A stretch of DNA of 64,000 bases from Alphaproteobacteria bacterium (GTDB lineage Bacteria > Pseudomonadota > Alphaproteobacteria > JANQMY01), in the NCBI GenBank assembly GCA_965227095.1, contig CBDDFL010000001.1, positions 3,039-67,038 on the forward strand, written 5' to 3'. The position numbers and the translations under genes were made by a program. This document shows positions 62,773-64,000 of the stretch, piece after piece. The notes beneath the pieces are model-generated. The model was not told the origin of the DNA, searched no databases, and saw only the letters and a list, made by a program, of their open reading frames with translations. Position 1 is the first letter of the stretch; each line of letters starts with the position of its first letter.

Positions 62773-63906
62773 TCAAGCCACTGCCAGCGCGATAAAGCGT
62801 TCAAGATGATGGATCGCGTCACCAAAGCGGTGATCGACCATGATCAGCCGTTTTGCGAGATGCCCCAACTCGTACTCGTCGGTCATGCCGATGCCGCCGT
62901 GCATCTGAATGCTCTCTTCGGCAACGAGTTTCGCGACATTGCCGATCAGGTTCTTGGTTGCGCTGACATGCTTATCGCGAATGTCCGTTGGTTCGTCGAC
63001 GTGCCCTGCCAGGTTGATGACAGCGGACCGCGCCTGTTCGATTTCGATCAGAACGTCGGCCATCCGGTGCTGCAGCGCCTGGAACTTGCCGATGGGTTTG
63101 CCGAATTGCTTGCGGGTCTTCAGGTAATCTGTCGTCAGCTCCCGGATGCTCTCCATCAGGCCAAGTGCCTCGGCGCTGATGGCAAGCGTGGCGCGGGCGT
63201 GAATGCGGGTGATTTCGTCATACGCCGCACCTTCGGGGCCGATCAGGGCGTCGGCGCCAAGCTTGACGTCTTCCAGCAGGACCTCGGCTGCGCGCCCGCC
63301 GGAGACAAGCGGGTAGCTGCGCAACGACATGGCAGGGGCGTCGGCCGGAACAAGGAACAGGCTGATGCCGGATTTGGCCGCTGCATCGCCGCTGGACCGG
63401 GCGCTGACCAGGATGTGGTCCGCCGCCGGGGCATTGACCACGACGGACTTACGCCCGTTCAGCACATGGCTGTCACCGTCACGGGTCGCATTGGTTTCGA
63501 CACGCGACATGTCATAGCGGCTGGACGGCTCGCTGTGGGCAAAGGCTAGCTGGGTCGTGCCTGCGATGGTGTCTGCGATCATCTGCTTCTGATCGTCGTT
63601 ACCAAGCGCGGCGATCAGCCCACCGCCAAGGATGGCAGTGTCCAGCAGGGGATCGACCGCGCCGACGCGGCCCAGTTCCTCGAACACCAGCGCGATATCG
63701 AACCCGGCCCCGGCGAAACCGCCGTCGTCTTCGGAAAACAGCGCGCCGATGACACCCATTTCCGCAAGCCCGTTCCAGACATCGGCAGAAAATCCGCTTT
63801 CGGCCTCTGTAAGTTCGGCCCTCAAGGCAGGGGTGTAGGTGTCCCGCAGGAAACGGCGCAGGCCGTCCTGCAACATCTGGCGTTCTTCTGTCAGTTCAAA
63901 ATTCAT
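62773..63906 (-). CDS. Acyl-CoA dehydrogenase family protein
   Basis: Start chosen at MNFELTEERQMLQD. The C-terminal IQMHGGIGMTDEYELGHLAKRL is ACAD-like. Confidence 0.85.
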   Translation of the reverse strand: MNFELTEERQMLQDGLRRFLRDTYTPALRAELTEAESGFSADVWNGLAEMGVIGALFSEDDGGFAGAGFDIALVFEELGRVGAVDPLLDTAILGGGLIAALGNDDQKQMIADTIAGTTQLAFAHSEPSSRYDMSRVETNATRDGDSHVLNGRKSVVVNAPAADHILVSARSSGDAAAKSGISLFLVPADAPAMSLRSYPLVSGGRAAEVLLEDVKLGADALIGPEGAAYDEITRIHARATLAISAEALGLMESIRELTTDYLKTRKQFGKPIGKFQALQHRMADVLIEIEQARSAVINLAGHVDEPTDIRDKHVSATKNLIGNVAKLVAEESIQMHGGIGMTDEYELGHLAKRLIMVDHRFGDAIHHLERFIALAVA

Positions 63907-63916
63907 GTTCTGTCCC

Positions 63917-64000
63917 TTACAGTTCCAGAATGGCCTTGCTGATGATTGTGCGCTGGACCTCATTCGATCCGCCATAAATCGACAGCTTGCGGTTGTTCAG
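63917..64000 (-). CDS. Acyl-CoA dehydrogenase family protein, C-terminal fragment (runs off the window)
   Basis: The reverse translation ends in LNNRKLSIYGGSNEVQRTIISKAILEL-stop, a typical ACAD C-terminus. Confidence 0.7.
   Translation of the reverse strand: MNNRKLSIYGGSNEVQRTIISKAILEL

Noticed and set aside
56053-63549. Long plus-strand ORFs (352, 359 and 351 aa) across the etfA, acyl-CoA ligase and acyl-CoA dehydrogenase genes
   Set aside because: They are antisense to clearly recognisable metabolic genes. Their composition is typical of GC-rich reverse frames.

Overview
The window has three parts. (1) 1 to ~20.6 kb is an AT-richer prophage segment that runs off the left edge. The minus strand carries terL, terS, HNH, a winged-helix gene, a primase-helicase, a replication protein, a GcrA-like protein and a Dam-type methyltransferase. 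A divergent cro-like/cI-like (S24) switch with repeated operator palindromes follows. A long plus-strand early operon then carries ERF, an HNH-like nuclease, a highly repetitive pentapeptide-repeat protein, many small ORFs and a tyrosine integrase. (2) ~20.6 to ~53.5 kb is a GC-rich conjugative-element segment (ICE or plasmid-derived). It begins with a strawberry-notch-like helicase gene that appears truncated at its 5-prime end exactly at the prophage junction. It also holds DUF736-type and DUF2493/SLOG backbone genes and a virB1-virB11-like type IV secretion cluster. Its cargo includes an AT-richer island with a three-gene operon: SMODS nucleotidyltransferase, SLATT 2TM protein and a membrane-anchored DUF2235/Tle1-like hydrolase. 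That operon is transcribed divergently from an XRE-ImmA/IrrE fusion plus a PIN-like gene. Further cargo is a Gabija-like pair (intact OLD-family gajA, truncated UvrD-like gajB) flanked by an IS1182-family and an IS110-family element, and a perfect hexanucleotide microsatellite abutting the virB6 stop codon. (3) ~54.6 to 64 kb is an ordinary acyl-CoA catabolism cluster: MFS transporter, etfAB, glutaryl-CoA dehydrogenase, acyl-CoA ligase, nitronate monooxygenase-like protein, enoyl-CoA hydratase, thioesterase and acyl-CoA dehydrogenases. I recognised no rRNA, tRNA or CRISPR array. The best candidate for a new system is the SMODS-SLATT-DUF2235 operon with its neighbouring regulator/PIN pair. All family assignments come from reading the translated ORFs from memory; no searches were run.
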